Shown here piece after piece: positions 12,041 to 27,279 of a stretch of 64,000 nucleotides of DNA (position 1 is the stretch's first letter; each line of letters starts with the position of its first letter). The DNA comes from the human T2T-CHM13v2.0 reference genome, Homo sapiens. The notes beneath the pieces are model-generated. The model did not search any database and was not told the origin of the DNA. It saw only the letters and a program-made list of their open reading frames with translations. Both the position numbers and the translations under genes were made by a program. The stretch lies in NCBI RefSeq assembly GCF_009914755.1, contig NC_060928.1, one strand, 5' to 3'.

Positions 12041-14734
12041 TTGAAAATTAAAACACACACACACACAGAGAACCCCCAATGGTCAGCCCATTCCAAGACC
12101 TGCTTCTCATCTACTTCATTACCATCCAGGACACTTAACTCCTCCTGTCTACCCATATTGCCCCTGGACATGTCCTCTTCCCCTCTCCTCCTCATTACTT
12201 CACTTTTGTGGGAATTTACCCACTACTTACCACCTACCACCTTCCTCTGCAAATACGGCCTGAGAGAAACTTCTTCTTCAGCCAACAACAATCATGGTGC
12301 ATCTATTACAAACTAGACTGTTAATATGGAGCTGAGGATACATTCTTGGGACCAGGTAGACATGATTCCTTCATCACACAACTTAGAGTCAAAAGGAAAG
12401 ACAATTATGATATAGTGGATAGACATAATTATATTAGGGAAGTACAAAGACCTATAAGAACAGAAGCCTCTCTTCTCCCTCTTCAAGCTTCCTGTGCTCT
12501 CTGTGGGAGCTATCTTTCCCCCAACACCTGCTTTTCTCCTCAGTGGGAGTTTGGAGTATGCAACACATTGGCTTTTATTGAAAGGGAAAATGACAATAAT
12601 CTTCTCCTCACTCTGCAGGTCTCTACCCTGCAAGCCACCTCATCCTGCCCTGGGGCCTCTAACACTTTGGATGCAGAAGGTGTCCACTCCCTTCTTTACT
12701 CCCAAGCTGGGGTTTGAAATCAATGACAGCTCATCCTTGAACCATCTGCTCAGCATCAGGCTTGGGTAGAAGTCTCTCTATGCTAGAGAAGCTGTCTATT
12801 CTATCACCGAATTCTCATTTCTTTGCCCAGTGCCTAGCTCAGAATAGCTGCTCAATAAATATTTCTTGAATAAGTTAAATTTTAAAAATGTATTTAATTA
12901 ATGAGCAGTTTTAAGATAATGATATATTCAAATATGGTAGATGATATTTGAGTAGAAATGGTGATAACACAAAAATTATTCTGCAGGTTATAGTATAATA
13001 TGCAGAGAGAGGTTCAAAACTATTGTGAGTCTGCCTCAAGACCCAATGGGAAACTCCATCTTTTATTTATAAACCAAGTGACTATGACCTAAGGGCCTCA
13101 CTTCCCAAAGACCTGACTTAGAATATCATTCACATGAACACATGGGGTCTGTCTTGTCTAGCACTGAGTCCATATGATTTGGCACACAGCACACAAAGGT
13201 ACTCAATTAATATTCATTGAACACACTCAATGAATTAGCTAAGATAAACTTTTAACTCACAAGATATTTGTAGGGTAAGAACCTTCTGTACAAGAATTTA
13301 TCAAAGGATGGCTTGCAAAAGTGTTTTGTTTGATTTGCACATTGTCTTTCTAAATATTGAATTTTTTGCCAACGTAAAACATTTTAAGATAATACCATTT
13401 TACATTAAAAGATTTCAACTTCTACTGAATTGGAGAATTCAGAAGAATTTTCAATTTCTTCTGAAATATCAGAGGATCTTGAAATACTATAAGTGAGAAT
13501 AATCCCAGAGGGAATGTCACCTGCAGCTTTTTGGGAATGACTCATTTAAATGGGGCATGAACTCTCCAGTTCACCAGGTTCTCTACCTGGCCAATTTTAC
13601 GCATCCATACACCCCTAGAGATATTTGGCCATGTGACCTTGATCTATACAAGCATATTAAGGAAGAAGTAAGAGAGGCCATTTGAGATTAGGAGCCCTAA
13701 GCCTCTTTTAAATTCTTAATAATTTATAGCTTAAATCCTTTGGCACATACACTACCAAGTTTGCCATAGATAATGTGTCATATATAGCTTAAATCCTTTG
13801 GGATATATTCATACATATAAACAGAGAGTTTAAAGTGGAGACTGATGGGATGGGAAGAAGAATAGTTTTTAAAAATATTTCTGCCTTCATAAATAAAACT
13901 CAAGACACTCCCACACTTGCCATATCAGCTGAAAACAGCAGGATGGGATTAGATATTTTGTTCTCCACATGTTCTCTCCTGGCCTGTGAGGAAAAGAAGG
14001 GATGGCCATGAATACATACAGTCTGAAAAATACTAGAAAAATGCCTTGTTTGACAGTCAAATCAACCGACAGCTTTAAAACGTGGAGTGTTTTCATTCAG
14101 ATTCTGGCATCTGACAGTCAAATCATTCTTCCTGGAGTTGGCCTTGTCAGTAACATAATGATGTGAAAATTACTGAGAGTTTGTGGAGGATCCAGGCTTC
14201 CCGAGGAATCTGAAGCTATTTATTTGTGGGCAGGACCCCAGAAGGTGGAATAAAAGACAAATAATAGCTATTGAGATGGAATAAAATAGACTCCCAAAGT
14301 AGAAAGCAACTTGAGAAAGCCACCCCTGTGTAGTCAACAGGAAGGTTTTATTTAAGAAAATACAAAAAAAAGTGTGTCTCTAAGGATATGAATTTGATTT
14401 TCACAGGGGCATCCAACTCAGAAACATATCCCTAAACAATATTTAGACTGAGCTTTATTGTTAGGCCAAGGGTCATCCTTTTTTAACTTTTCCACTCTTC
14501 TCAATTCCAGCCCACTGTTTACTGCCCTGAACCATCTCCCAATAATACATTGAGTCAACAGGGAAAGATGCAAAGCTGTGGGTGGAGATGATGGGCTAAA
14601 GTACCGAAAGGCAATTGGCTCTGCCCTTATTGCCTGTGGCTGGGAAACAATTTTACTGCAATCAGCAATGATCTACACCCCACAAATCTAAGGTATTCTT
14701 AGCTTTTTATGAAATTTCAAAACATACATTAATC

Positions 14735-15375
14735 TGTCCATTCATTCAACAATGCTATTGAGTATCAGGCATCATAATGGCCAATGCTGACACTCTTACA
14801 ATCTAGGGGGATGGATAATCATGTAAACCTATAACTCTGATGTAATACAGCAAAAGTACTTCTAGGGCACCTAAAGTGCATTACAACAGGGAAGGATTTG
14901 GTCAGAGAAAACAGAAGGAGTTAACCAGTTTAAAAAGAAGAGCAAAATGGTGTTTAGGGAAGAATCACGGCATTATGGTTTGTTCAGCCTTAGGTGGTGG
15001 AGATCTACTTTGTGCCAGGCACTGAGCTTGGCCCCAGGACACTGTGCTGGGCTCTCTCGCGTGCTCAAAGAAGGTAAAGCATGTGCACCATTGGGCAACT
15101 TGGGTAGCTCAGTCATGCTGGGATGAATGAAGAAAGAAGTGAAGATGGGAAAAAGTGAGGATGATTGTGTTGGCAGGGACAAGATTGCTAAGGTAAAATT
15201 AGACTTTTTATTAAGGCTGGGGCAAATGAAAGGCTTTACACAGGGGTGACAAGTCTGATCTGGGTTTTAACAAGGTCTCCCTGGATGCTGTGCATAGAAT
15301 GAACTGCAAAGGGCAAAGAGTGGAGGCAGGGGACCAGTTAGGATGATGGGCTAGTAATCCAGGAGACCAGTTAAG
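14735..15375 (-). mobile_element. L2, interrupted by L1; resumes near 17090-17210
   Basis: cattcattcaacaatgctattgag at the start; tctccctggatgctgtgcatagaatg...ggaccagttagg. Confidence 0.65.
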
Positions 15376-15377
15376 GA

Positions 15378-17070
<1,693 letters not shown>

Positions 17071-17219
17071 TTTTTTTTTAAAGAACAGATCAGAAATGAA
17101 AGGAAGTGATGAGGGGAACTAACAATAGGAAGCAGCATCAGCAGAACTTGGGAACCTAAAGGATTTGAGGGTGGGTGGCCAAAAGGATTCTAGGCTTACA
17201 AGTAAGAACAATGGAGATT

Positions 17220-17410
17220 GCTAACCTCAACTGAGTAACAATTATGTGCCAGATGCTATTATGTGCCTACTGTGAATCATTGTGTAGTCTTCATTTTAAA
17301 AGCTTTATTAGGTTGGGATAATTATTTTCTATGTTTTATGTAGTAGAAAACCCTAATGGGGGCACAGAGAGGTTAAGAAATTTTCTGAAGGGCACACAGT
17401 AGAAGCCATT
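17220..17410 (-). mobile_element. MIR
   Basis: ggcacagagaggttaagaaattttctgaagggcacacag. Confidence 0.7.
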
Positions 17411-18296
17411 TCTAGAGCTAGTGGGACAAGAGGAGGGATGGATTTCATAGGCTGCCCTGGAAATTCTTTCTAATGTTAGACAATCCTCTACTCCCTGACA
17501 TTCTCATAGCCCATCTTGATCTGCCTGAGAGAAAATGTTCACATTGCTTCTTTTCTAGCAATAGACTCTGGCTAGGGCGAGTTGATTCCAGCTTTGCCAT
17601 TGCATTCTGTGTGGATGTCCATTGATAGATTATTTCTGTCTGAGATCATCAGAAATGACAAATGTTAGGTCAAGGACACTAGCCAGAGAGATATTAAGAG
17701 CAGGTAGAGCTCATTCACCGGCGAGAAGATATTTAAAAAGCATTAACAGCTTCCTTCTGACAAGTAGCCAGAAATAGCCACAAAAAAGTCATTGGGTGGA
17801 AACTGGCCTCCTCTGAGCAGGAACCAAAAAGGTGTCTAATAGCAGTTCCATGCTAAGAAGTTTATCCTAAGAAACTGGAGGGGTTTTTTAAATCTTCATT
17901 CGAATGAGGGTACTGTTTTGCTTGGAAGATGACATTGGAAAGTAGCATGTGTTTGCTGTGCTTCTTCAGCAAGAATTTTACTTGTTCAAGAAAAGCACAG
18001 GTGAGCAGTACATACATGCTCAACTCAGCTAGCTGGATGTGAGGAATCCCACTCCACTGGCTTCAGCTGGCCTGGGCAGCCACAGCTTTCTTGGGGACAG
18101 TGGCCTGGCATTGTTCCCTGGAGGACTTTTTTGCACTTGAGGTGCTTTTGCTGCCAGGACTACTCTCTGTGTAGCTTTGGGCAAGCTCTATCACCCCTCT
18201 GGGAAAAAAATGAGAACACTAGAACAGGTGGCTTCCAAGGTCTCTTCTATCTTTAAAGTCCTTCTCTTCTACTTGAGTCTATGAAACAGCCCAGCC

Positions 18297-18730
18297 TGGT
18301 AGTTTCCTGTCTGCTATCACATATTACAAATGGGGTGACTTAACAGAAATATATTCTCTTACAGTTGTAGAGGACAGAAATAAAAATTTTGGCTGGATTG
18401 ATTTCATCTGGAAGTTCTGAGAGAGCATCTGTTCCATACCGTTCTCCTAACTTCTGGTGGCTGCTGGTAACCCTTGGAGTTCCTGGGCTTATAGACACAT
18501 CACCCTAATCCCTGTCTCTGTCTTCACTTGGCTTTCTCGTGGTCTTCCCCTTCATGCCACACAATATCCTCTCCTTTCTCTTCTGGGGACATCGGTCATT
18601 GGATTTAGGACCGCCTTAAATCCAGGATGATCTCATCAAGAACTTTACACCTGCAAAGACCCTATTTTCAAATACTATGGGTTAGGACTGGGGTATATCT
18701 TTTTTTGGGGGCACAGTCAACTTATTAACA
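18297..18730 (-). mobile_element. MLT1 (B/C-like) MaLR LTR
   Basis: aacagaaatatattctcttacagtt, cctgcaaagaccctattttcaaat, gggggcacagtcaac. Confidence 0.75.
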
Positions 18731-18734
18731 AATA

Positions 18735-18960
18735 GCTAATATTTAGTGAGATGTCATATGTGACCAGCTTGTTTCTAAGTGCTTCATGTGCCTTATCATG
18801 CTTAACCCACACAACAGCCCGATGTGATAGAAGCTTGTATTGTATGCATTTTACCAATGAGGAAAGTGAGAGGTTGACTAACTGGCCCACATTACCCAGG
18901 TATTAAACCAGGAGGCAGAAGGCCTCTAGTACACACTCAAACAAGGATTCCATGCTGCCT
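18735..18960 (-). mobile_element. MIR
   Basis: cattttaccaatgaggaaagtgagagg core. Confidence 0.65.
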
Positions 18961-20862
18961 CCCATACAAATACAACCATACAAAGTGCCAACCTTATGCA
19001 GATTATAGGTACTATCATATTTCAATCATTAATTCATTAACAAACAGCACAGTAGGCACTCAACACAGCTTTTTGAATGAATAAATGCTTGAAATGTCTC
19101 AGGTTCCATACTGGTCACTGGACTATAGATGTCAACATGATTCTACTATGCTTTTCTTGCTAAAATTAGCAATGACTCTTCTCTATATTAGACCTAATTT
19201 GGGCTTTGATTAAAACTAGCAATAAGGCAGAGAAATTCAAGACACTAAGGATCAGAGATATGAAACAAGACTGAGAGTTATTCCTTATCCATTTTTCCTC
19301 TGTTAATAAAACAACATCAGAAACACAAATAAGTGAAAACATTACATGACTTTCACATATTGCCACATGGATTCCAGCCATCTGCTTGTGAAATCTCTCT
19401 TTCATTTTCATACACTCTCTTTTGCTCTCTCTTTCTCATACTAAGAGGATCTCCTCAACTTAATTTTTTTGGTGTATGGGGAAGTCACTAGTATTCAACC
19501 CACAAGAAGGAGTCAACCACAAGGAATACGTGTGCATGGAAGTGGTGGTGCTGCTGCTGTAGACCTTTTTTATAATCTCTTCGAGGCAGACTGAGTGGCA
19601 ACTATGATATCCTTAGTTCACTTAAGGCAGAGTTTATAGCTGGGTCCCTCTTGTTCTTTAGTAGTAGCATTTAAAAGCAAGCTAACATAATTTCTAAACA
19701 CAGATTTCTCCCAGTAACTTCTTAGGCTTATATGTCCCATTTACTGGAATATGCAAAGTTTATATTTCTAAGTAAGGCTCATGCAGATCTTGGTGTGACT
19801 TTCTTGAGAGTAACAATCATAAAGAAATGTTTCTATCTTTTTCTTAAAGGAAAGAAGGAACAAACCCTTCTGATGTACAGCAAATTTCTGGAGCTTTAAG
19901 CTTTCAAAGAGGAATATGGCTCAGGCTGTCCTGCAACAATGCTTCTTGCTTCTCAGTATAGTGGGCCTTCAGCAAACCCAGGAGTGGGAGCTTCAAAGAG
20001 CTGGAGGGAATTATACAGTGAGCAAAGGTCAGGCTCAAAGCCCGCATTCACGGAATAATACATAGAATATTTGGGATGAAGTGGAGAATTTGTTTAGGGA
20101 ACTGTGTATTTTAAGCCTGGAGAAGGAGGTTTGTAGAAGGCTCTGAAAGCCAGGCTCTGATGTGGGAGCTATTTACAAAATGTGGGATTTGCGACACCTG
20201 AAGTAGCAATGCTTTAGTATATGAGGCCTTAGGGAATAAAATAAACTTTCGTCACCAATGATCAGTGGTTTTTAAATCTAGAATTTGGGGGTTAGCATTT
20301 GAACTCTTTTCCTCAAATGAAATTTTATCCATATAAACTCCAAATTACAAAATATGAAAACTGGCTTGAAGACTAACCAAAGCCCCTTGGCCTCTTCTTA
20401 AAGCATTTCTCCCTGTCCCATCCCATACCGTACCCTAGAATTTCTCAGAACATGGATTGAATCCTTTCACCTTTGCCCCATGGAACAGAGCTTTACAAAC
20501 ATGGCACTTGTCCCATTATAGTATATGCAGTAATTTAGTACAGGTACAGATAAATATTTATACTAAATTTTAATATTCATGTATTTATTTTAATGTGTAC
20601 TAATCTATCAAGGCCATGATTTAGTGGATATGGTGGTTTAAAATGAAGTTAAACATAAAAGGGGATTTAATTTAAAATTAATTTGAAAAAATGCTAATAA
20701 GTAATGGTGCAGATAAAGTTTTTAAAAGACTTTAATATATTAGCTGTTTCTCAGTTATTCAAAGTAATAGATGGTTAGGTTAGCACAGAAAAAGGGGAGT
20801 CTGAAGATAAAATCCATCCATAGTAGCTTTAGTTTCTTCACTTTTTGCCAAAGCTAATAGCA

Positions 20863-20892
<30 letters not shown>
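20863..20892. repeat. (AAT)10 microsatellite grading into GAT/GAG
   Basis: Direct count. Confidence 0.95.
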
Positions 20893-20894
<2 letters not shown>

Positions 20895-22269
20895 TGATGA
20901 GGAGGACTACATTTATTTCACTCTCTTTTCCTGTTTCCTTTTTAATGGAACTAGAAATAGTTGAACAGAAGATGACTCCGCAGGGGAAACAATAACTCTC
21001 GTTATTCTGCAGGTCAGAAAAAGCAGGCCTGGTTAATTGGGTAGTAGCTGGAGAAAACTGGATTGTTACTTTGAATACAAAACATATTCTGCCTCCAACC
21101 CCAATCATACCCCCTCCTGCATTTTAGATGCATTCCAGAAAAGTCGTGGGTAATGAAAATAGCTGCTATTGAGTCATTATTCACTGACTTGCTTCCACTA
21201 GCTGAGAAGTTTTCCCAGAGGAGAAAAAAATGATCTCAAACTATGATTAAAACTTATACTTTAAGAATCTTAATAATCATATAAAAAGTTTTCTGTATGT
21301 CTCAAAGCATCAGCATTTAGCTGCCACACAGACCAGCAAGTGAACAATGAATCCATATGATAACTTTATATGCAATTATTATGTTTCCTTATACACAAAT
21401 CTGATAAACACCTCCCCTTGGCTGGACTGATTGTATCGCTTGGTATTTCGCCCAAATTTCTCCCACGCATTTATGCCCTTTAAGTCTTCCTGAAAGTGGT
21501 AATGGGGGCTTCCCAGGCTCAAATCTTCTTAAACACATCAGTTTTCCTCAAAATATGGCTGCCAATGTCAAGTGAAATAGCAAGTTTCTTTGCTTTAGGC
21601 AGGAATTTTAGAAACTCAGTATGACAGCAATACTTATCTCTTGTAATCAGAAGCTCTATTTTTCAATAGCAAATAATGGAAATACAAGTTAATTGCTATG
21701 TAATAAATACAGTATGATAGACAAAAATCTTTCAAAATGCGGATCCCAGGGTGAAATTAATAAAAGATATCCATGTACATTAAAAATGCATATAAAAGTG
21801 AATTTTATTGGTGGGGGGTAGAGTATTGATAGTGTTACATCTTTACTCACTCAACCCACCAAAGAATGGTCTATTCAGCTTCTAGTGGGTGCTGGGTATT
21901 GTACAAGGTACTGGGGAAATAGAGACAAATAAGACTTGAGTTCTGTCCTAAAGGAATTGCCAGCCTAAAAGGGAAAATATTATAATATATAATTATATAT
22001 GTAACCTACATAACTTCACAGATATGTATGTATGTGTATATATTTTTCAATCCATTGAATATGTCGAGTCTAATGCAATGAAAGAGAAAAATGAAAACAA
22101 TTTAAAGAATTTTTCAAGATGAGACTGAGTTTGAGTTTTTCATGGCTTTAAAAATTTCTGATGACTTTTACTCTTGCTGCTATCTTTAACCCACATGGGC
22201 AAAAATGAGAGCTACAAATTGAGTCAGCCAACCTGTATATGTGTAGTCATTGACCTAAGGATTGCTCTG

Positions 22270-22550
22270 TCATTTCTCAAAGTTTGCCCTGAAGATCATC
22301 ATTCCTTGAGATATTTCTCCAAAAATCAGAGGAGAGTGTCATGGTCAACAATTTGAGAATCACGGAGTACTTCCTACCCTAGAGATTCATGACAAACCCT
22401 CGCATAAGAGCTGTACGAAATATTGTATCAAATAACCCAGTTTAACTTAGAGAAATCAGTCTTTCCCAATCTTACTTGATCATGGATGGCATTTTTATCT
22501 ATTGACATCCCATGGAAATAATACTCACAGAATGTTCTTTTGGAAATGCT
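22270..22550. mobile_element. hAT-Charlie-type MITE remnant
   Basis: Degenerate termini catttctcaaag ... ttttggaaatgctg. Confidence 0.45.
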
Positions 22551-23309
22551 GCAGTAATAAATGACAAACAGGTATCAATTGTTCTTAAAAGAATATCTGT
22601 AGACTACTTGTACTATTTTCCCCAGTGACATTTTACAGAGATTAAACTTTGTTGCCCTGTTCTACATATTTCCAGAATCTAATGTTTACACGTTGTAGCA
22701 AATTGTACAAATTGAAACTCAAAATAAATAGGCATATAAGAAGAAACAACCTGTAACATGAAAAGTCATGACCAAATGCAAAAGAAGAAAAAAAAAAACC
22801 TATTTTCTACTCAGTGGACAAACTGCTGTTAAACAACTTTTATAAATTGCTTGATTTTCCATATTTTTTCTTCTTGACATAAATATGATTCAAGTGTTTG
22901 AATCAACTCTTATGTGACCACTTTGTTAGCTTCAACTGGTAGATTACTCCTTCAGTAAAGGCTAAAATAATTTAGCAGAAAACATAACCAACTATAGAGA
23001 GATTTTTTTTGTTTTAAAGAAAGTGTGTACATAGAGCCATGATAAGCTCATTAGCTTGACAGAATATATTCATAAGATCAATGTAGTCAGTCAAAATAAT
23101 TTTATTTTTACTATGTCCGTTCCACAGAGGATGACCATCCCTTTGACGCTTGTTCTTTGAGAAGGCCTTCTGTAGCATCAAAAATCACTTGAAAATATTC
23201 GTCATGGTCCATTGTTCTTCCCATTCATCCTTTTGAAGATGCTAAAGTGTCTTAGAATCCTATCTTTCTTGTTCCTGGACCACGGTAATTTTAGCTAAAT
23301 TTTAGGAAG

Positions 23310-23415
23310 TAATATGGTTGAAATATGTCCCCGAAAGTTCATGTGTTGGAAATTTAACCAATCCCTAATGCAGCAGTGTTGAGAGGGTGCAGCTCTTAAA
23401 CAAGGTAACCCAGGT
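23310..23415 (+). mobile_element. 5' fragment of an MST (MSTC-like) LTR, inverted copy of 27171-27272
   Basis: Aligns without gaps to the reverse complement of the LTR end at 27272. Confidence 0.8.
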
Positions 23416-23804
23416 AATGCATTTATAAGTGTCTGACCCAGAGTAAGTGTTCCTAAGTGTTGTTTTTTATCCCATAATTATGCATTATTTGTTATCATAT
23501 ATTATATGACTTGCCAGTAATTTTAAATTCAATCTCTCCTTCACTTCTCACAATAACACTATTGGCTAGATATTATTATTCTGCTCATTTTACAGATGAG
23601 GAAACTGAAATCTAATGACACTAAACAACTTGAAGCAAAAACCAACCAGATACAGATTCTAGAGATTATTTTAAGTAAAATCAAAGCTAATTTAAATATT
23701 TATCTTCCTTTAATTTATTAAACTTCAACTATTATAATCTCTCTTAAGCCAAGAGAGACTCAGTAACTCATTCATGGTCATATAAAGTCCATGGTGGAGC
23801 CTGA

Positions 23805-24230
23805 TGTGATGGTTGATTTTATGTGCGAATTGGCTAGTTTCTAATGTCTAGTAATTCAATCAAACCCTAATCCAGGTATATGTTCAAAAGTATTTTGTAG
23901 ATGTGATTCAGTTCCTAATCAGTTGACTTTAAGAAAGATTATCCTAGATAATGAGAGGTGGAGGGGTGGTGGGGGTGGGTAGTATTAAATCAGTTGAAAG
24001 GCCTTAAGAGCAGAGCTGAGGCTTTCCTGAGGAACAGGAAATTCCACCTGTGGACTGCAATGTCAGCTCACACCTGAAAGTTCCAGCTCGCTCATCTCCA
24101 TTGGCCTGCCAAATAATTTTCAGATTGCTAAGCCATCCCCAACAATCACATAAACCAATTCCTTGCAATAATTCTCCTAATATATGTCTCCTACCGGTTT
24201 TGTTTCTCTGGTTGAACCTTGACTGACACA
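23805..24230 (+). mobile_element. MLT2 (D-like) ERVL solo LTR inserted in a MIR
   Basis: TGTGATGGTTGATTTT...GACTGACACA with a perfect 5-bp TSD CCTGA (23800-04, 24231-35). Confidence 0.9.
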
Positions 24231-25729
24231 CCTGAGTTCAAACACAAATCTCCATGTCCAGAGACAGAGGCCAGCTCTGATCTTCTGGCATCATGGCAAC
24301 CATCAATGTTCAACTCATCAAGGTCAATTGGTTCAATTGACTTTGTCAGGTCCCCATTAACTTAATTAGGAAGCTTTAACCATATGCACCATAAATAAGC
24401 AATATGGATGTTCGTATATTTATGTAACACTACTTCTACTATTTCTAAGACAATAATAGTAATATTAATAGTCATTAACATTTACTAAGGAATTACCATG
24501 TTGCAGCAAAGGACCAAGATCTTTAAAATCATTATCTTATTTCATGGATAGAAGCTATAAAGCGGTAGGATCCTTCTCAATACAAGGAAGATTTTCTAAG
24601 CACAAGAGCAGTCTAAAGATAGACTAGGCTGATCCAAGAGATGGAAAGCTCTCCATCTGTCATGGAATGCAAGCCCAAGTTCAAGTCACTTGACAGGGAA
24701 GTTAGAGAAAAAATTCAGCATTGGATGTTAGCTGAAGTTGACAAACCATAAACTCCCTTATTCCAAAACTATGTCCTCTGGCAATTTACATATTTAATCT
24801 CCATCATATTTTTAAACTGTTGATAAAACTGTCCTTAAATGACTGAGTAAGTGTATGCTTGGACTGTTTGTAAAATTGGAAATAAATCAATGAACCTTAT
24901 CTTTCCTTTTATAGCCTCCCATGAGGGTATAAAGATCTATAAACAGGCACACAATACATGCAAGTTAAATCAGGGTCAATTCTTAATTATCCACATTGAT
25001 AACTGAAGCAAACTGATAGATAATCCAAAATATAAGGGACAGCATGTTTTGCCTCTGGTCTTTAAATTCTGTGTCCCCACCTTTCTATGATCAGGAAGAA
25101 GTAGCTCTTGGCTTAAAAAGTATTCACTTCCTAGATAGAATTCCGGTTCTCCCTTTCACTTTTAATATCTATGTTAATTTTTTAGAATTATTAATTAAAC
25201 TGAGTCCATTAAAATTAGCATCATTTTTTTAACAAAAATTTCCCCTGGGCTCTCTAAAATTCAGATCATCCAACAAAAAAACTGAGGGGGAAAATGGCAA
25301 ACTTATTGCACACAAATGTATCCATAGGACATGGTGCAACAAACCTAAATTGTGAAGTGTCAGCAGATGAAAAGTACTTTGCTTCTTAAAGGAAACTCAC
25401 ACTGATCTGATCCTAACCACAGAGGAAGTCTCCTTGTCTCGTCTTGACACTAAAACTACCCAGTTACTCTGTCGATAGGGTTGGGCACAGGCCAGTTAGT
25501 CTAGATAATCTAAAGCCGAAAGAGGGTGAAAGTACAGTGATGTTTGTCAAATGCTTCCAAGAATTTAAGAGAACTAGAGATAAGGTATGAATCATTCACT
25601 TTCTAAGCCACAGTCCATGGCTCGGCAAAGTAAATAAAAGTTTCAAATTCATTTTCATTTTGTTTAAATAAAAAATTAAAATACCATAAACTAATTTAAG
25701 ACAGAATGAAATGCTGTGTACATGAGAGG

Positions 25730-26080
25730 CTGCTGGATTAGAAAGTAGAACAATCTGGGTTCTAGATTCAGGTCTGTCAATAATTACCTAAGAGACGGCA
25801 GGCAAATTATGGAACTTCTCTGGGCCTCAGTGTTCTTAACATAGTAGCAGCTACTACTTCATGAAAGCTTTCTTCCATGTATTTTGGTTGTTTTTCTAAA
25901 AGCACTTTGCATTTTAGTTCAGAGAATCCTTCCAACAACCTTATAAACTAAGTACCATTAGTAAACCCACTTTACAGAGGACAAAAGTGAGGCACAGAAA
26001 GTAGCTTGCCCAGCAGGGGTCATGTTAATGGGATCAAATAGAATTCCAACCCACATTTAACCACCTGCTACACTGCCTCT
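25730..26080. mobile_element. Two MIR fragments (plus, then minus)
   Basis: ctctgggcctcagtgttc; cccactttacagaggacaaaagtgaggcacaga. Confidence 0.65.
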
Positions 26081-26551
26081 CAGCTGGAAAACATGAGAGA
26101 TGAACTGGGTGCCCTCTCAGGACACCTCTCAGGACCCTTTAGCTCCTTTTTTTCTGTGATTCTACAATATAGCAAAATATCTATTAAGCAGATATTTTTA
26201 AAGGGCTAGCCTCAGAAGGAAATTCCATTTGAATACATTCATCCTTTAAGATGTGTATCAACTGTCATCACTTTTGTGCCCTAGGCAAAGATGCCATCAT
26301 ATCCTAAGTGAGGTGAGTATGGTTTAAATTCTTCTCTCGGCACTCACCATACTGTCTTTATCCAATCTTTCTTATCTAGTTGATTGCCAACTTTCCTACG
26401 TCAGGACCATGGTTTGTTCATCTCTGTGTGACCCAAGAAGCTGTAACATGATAGGTAATCAATAAATACTGTATTTGTTTATAAGAGGACAGAAAACTCA
26501 AGGTTCTGAGGGTAGGGTCTGTTTGGCATGATGAGAAACAGCAAGAAGGCC

Positions 26552-26778
26552 CAGACAGTCCTCACCTTATGATGGTTCCACTTATGATTTTTTGACTTTA
26601 CAATGGTGTGAAAGCAATACATATTTAGCATGCTCCTCAATTTCTGATAGGGTTATATACAGATAAACTCTCATAAGTTGAAAATATTATAAATTGAAAG
26701 TGTATTTTTGGCTTACAGTGTACTCAACTTATGATGGGTTTTCCGGATGTAACTCCACAGTAAGTTAAGGAGCATCTG
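26552..26778. mobile_element. Tigger5/MER47-family TcMar MITE
   Basis: Termini CAGACAGTCCTCACCTTA / TAAGTTAAGGAGCATCTG. Right TA present, left TA absent. Confidence 0.75.
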
Positions 26779-26891
26779 TACTGTGTTTAATATAGCATGT
26801 AAGCTGCACAGAAGGTAAGACACTTCCTGATGATGACAAAGTTTTTGAGAAAGAATGTTTAAGAATAAGGTATTAGGATAACCTAGCTCCC

Positions 26892-27272
26892 TGTCTGACT
26901 TTGGTTTTTGTTGCTGTAACAGAATACCACAGACTGGGTAATTAATAAAGAAAAGACTTTTATTCAGCTCACAATTCTGGAGGTTGGGAAGTCCAAGGAC
27001 ATGGTGCCAGCACCTGGTGAGAGTCATCCCATGGCGGAAGATGGAAGGGCAAGAGGGACAGGAGAGCAAGTGTGAGAGAGCTCGCTTTTAGAACAAAGCC
27101 ACTCCCAGGATAAGAGACCCACTCTCATGATAACAGCATTAATCCATTGGTGAGGGTACAGCCCCTGTGACCTAATTACCTCTTAAAGGTCTCACCCTGT
27201 CAACATGGCTACACTGGGAATTGATTAAATTTCCAATACATGAACATTGGGGAATATATTTAAACCATATCA
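26892..27272 (-). mobile_element. MST (MSTC-like) MaLR solo LTR
   Basis: Full-length antisense MST; TSD ctccc (26887-91) / cttcc (27273-77). Confidence 0.88.
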
Positions 27273-27279
27273 CTTCCTT

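Noticed and set aside
23954-23980. G-quadruplex
   Set aside because: Only three G3+ tracts, inside an MLT2 LTR; weak at best.
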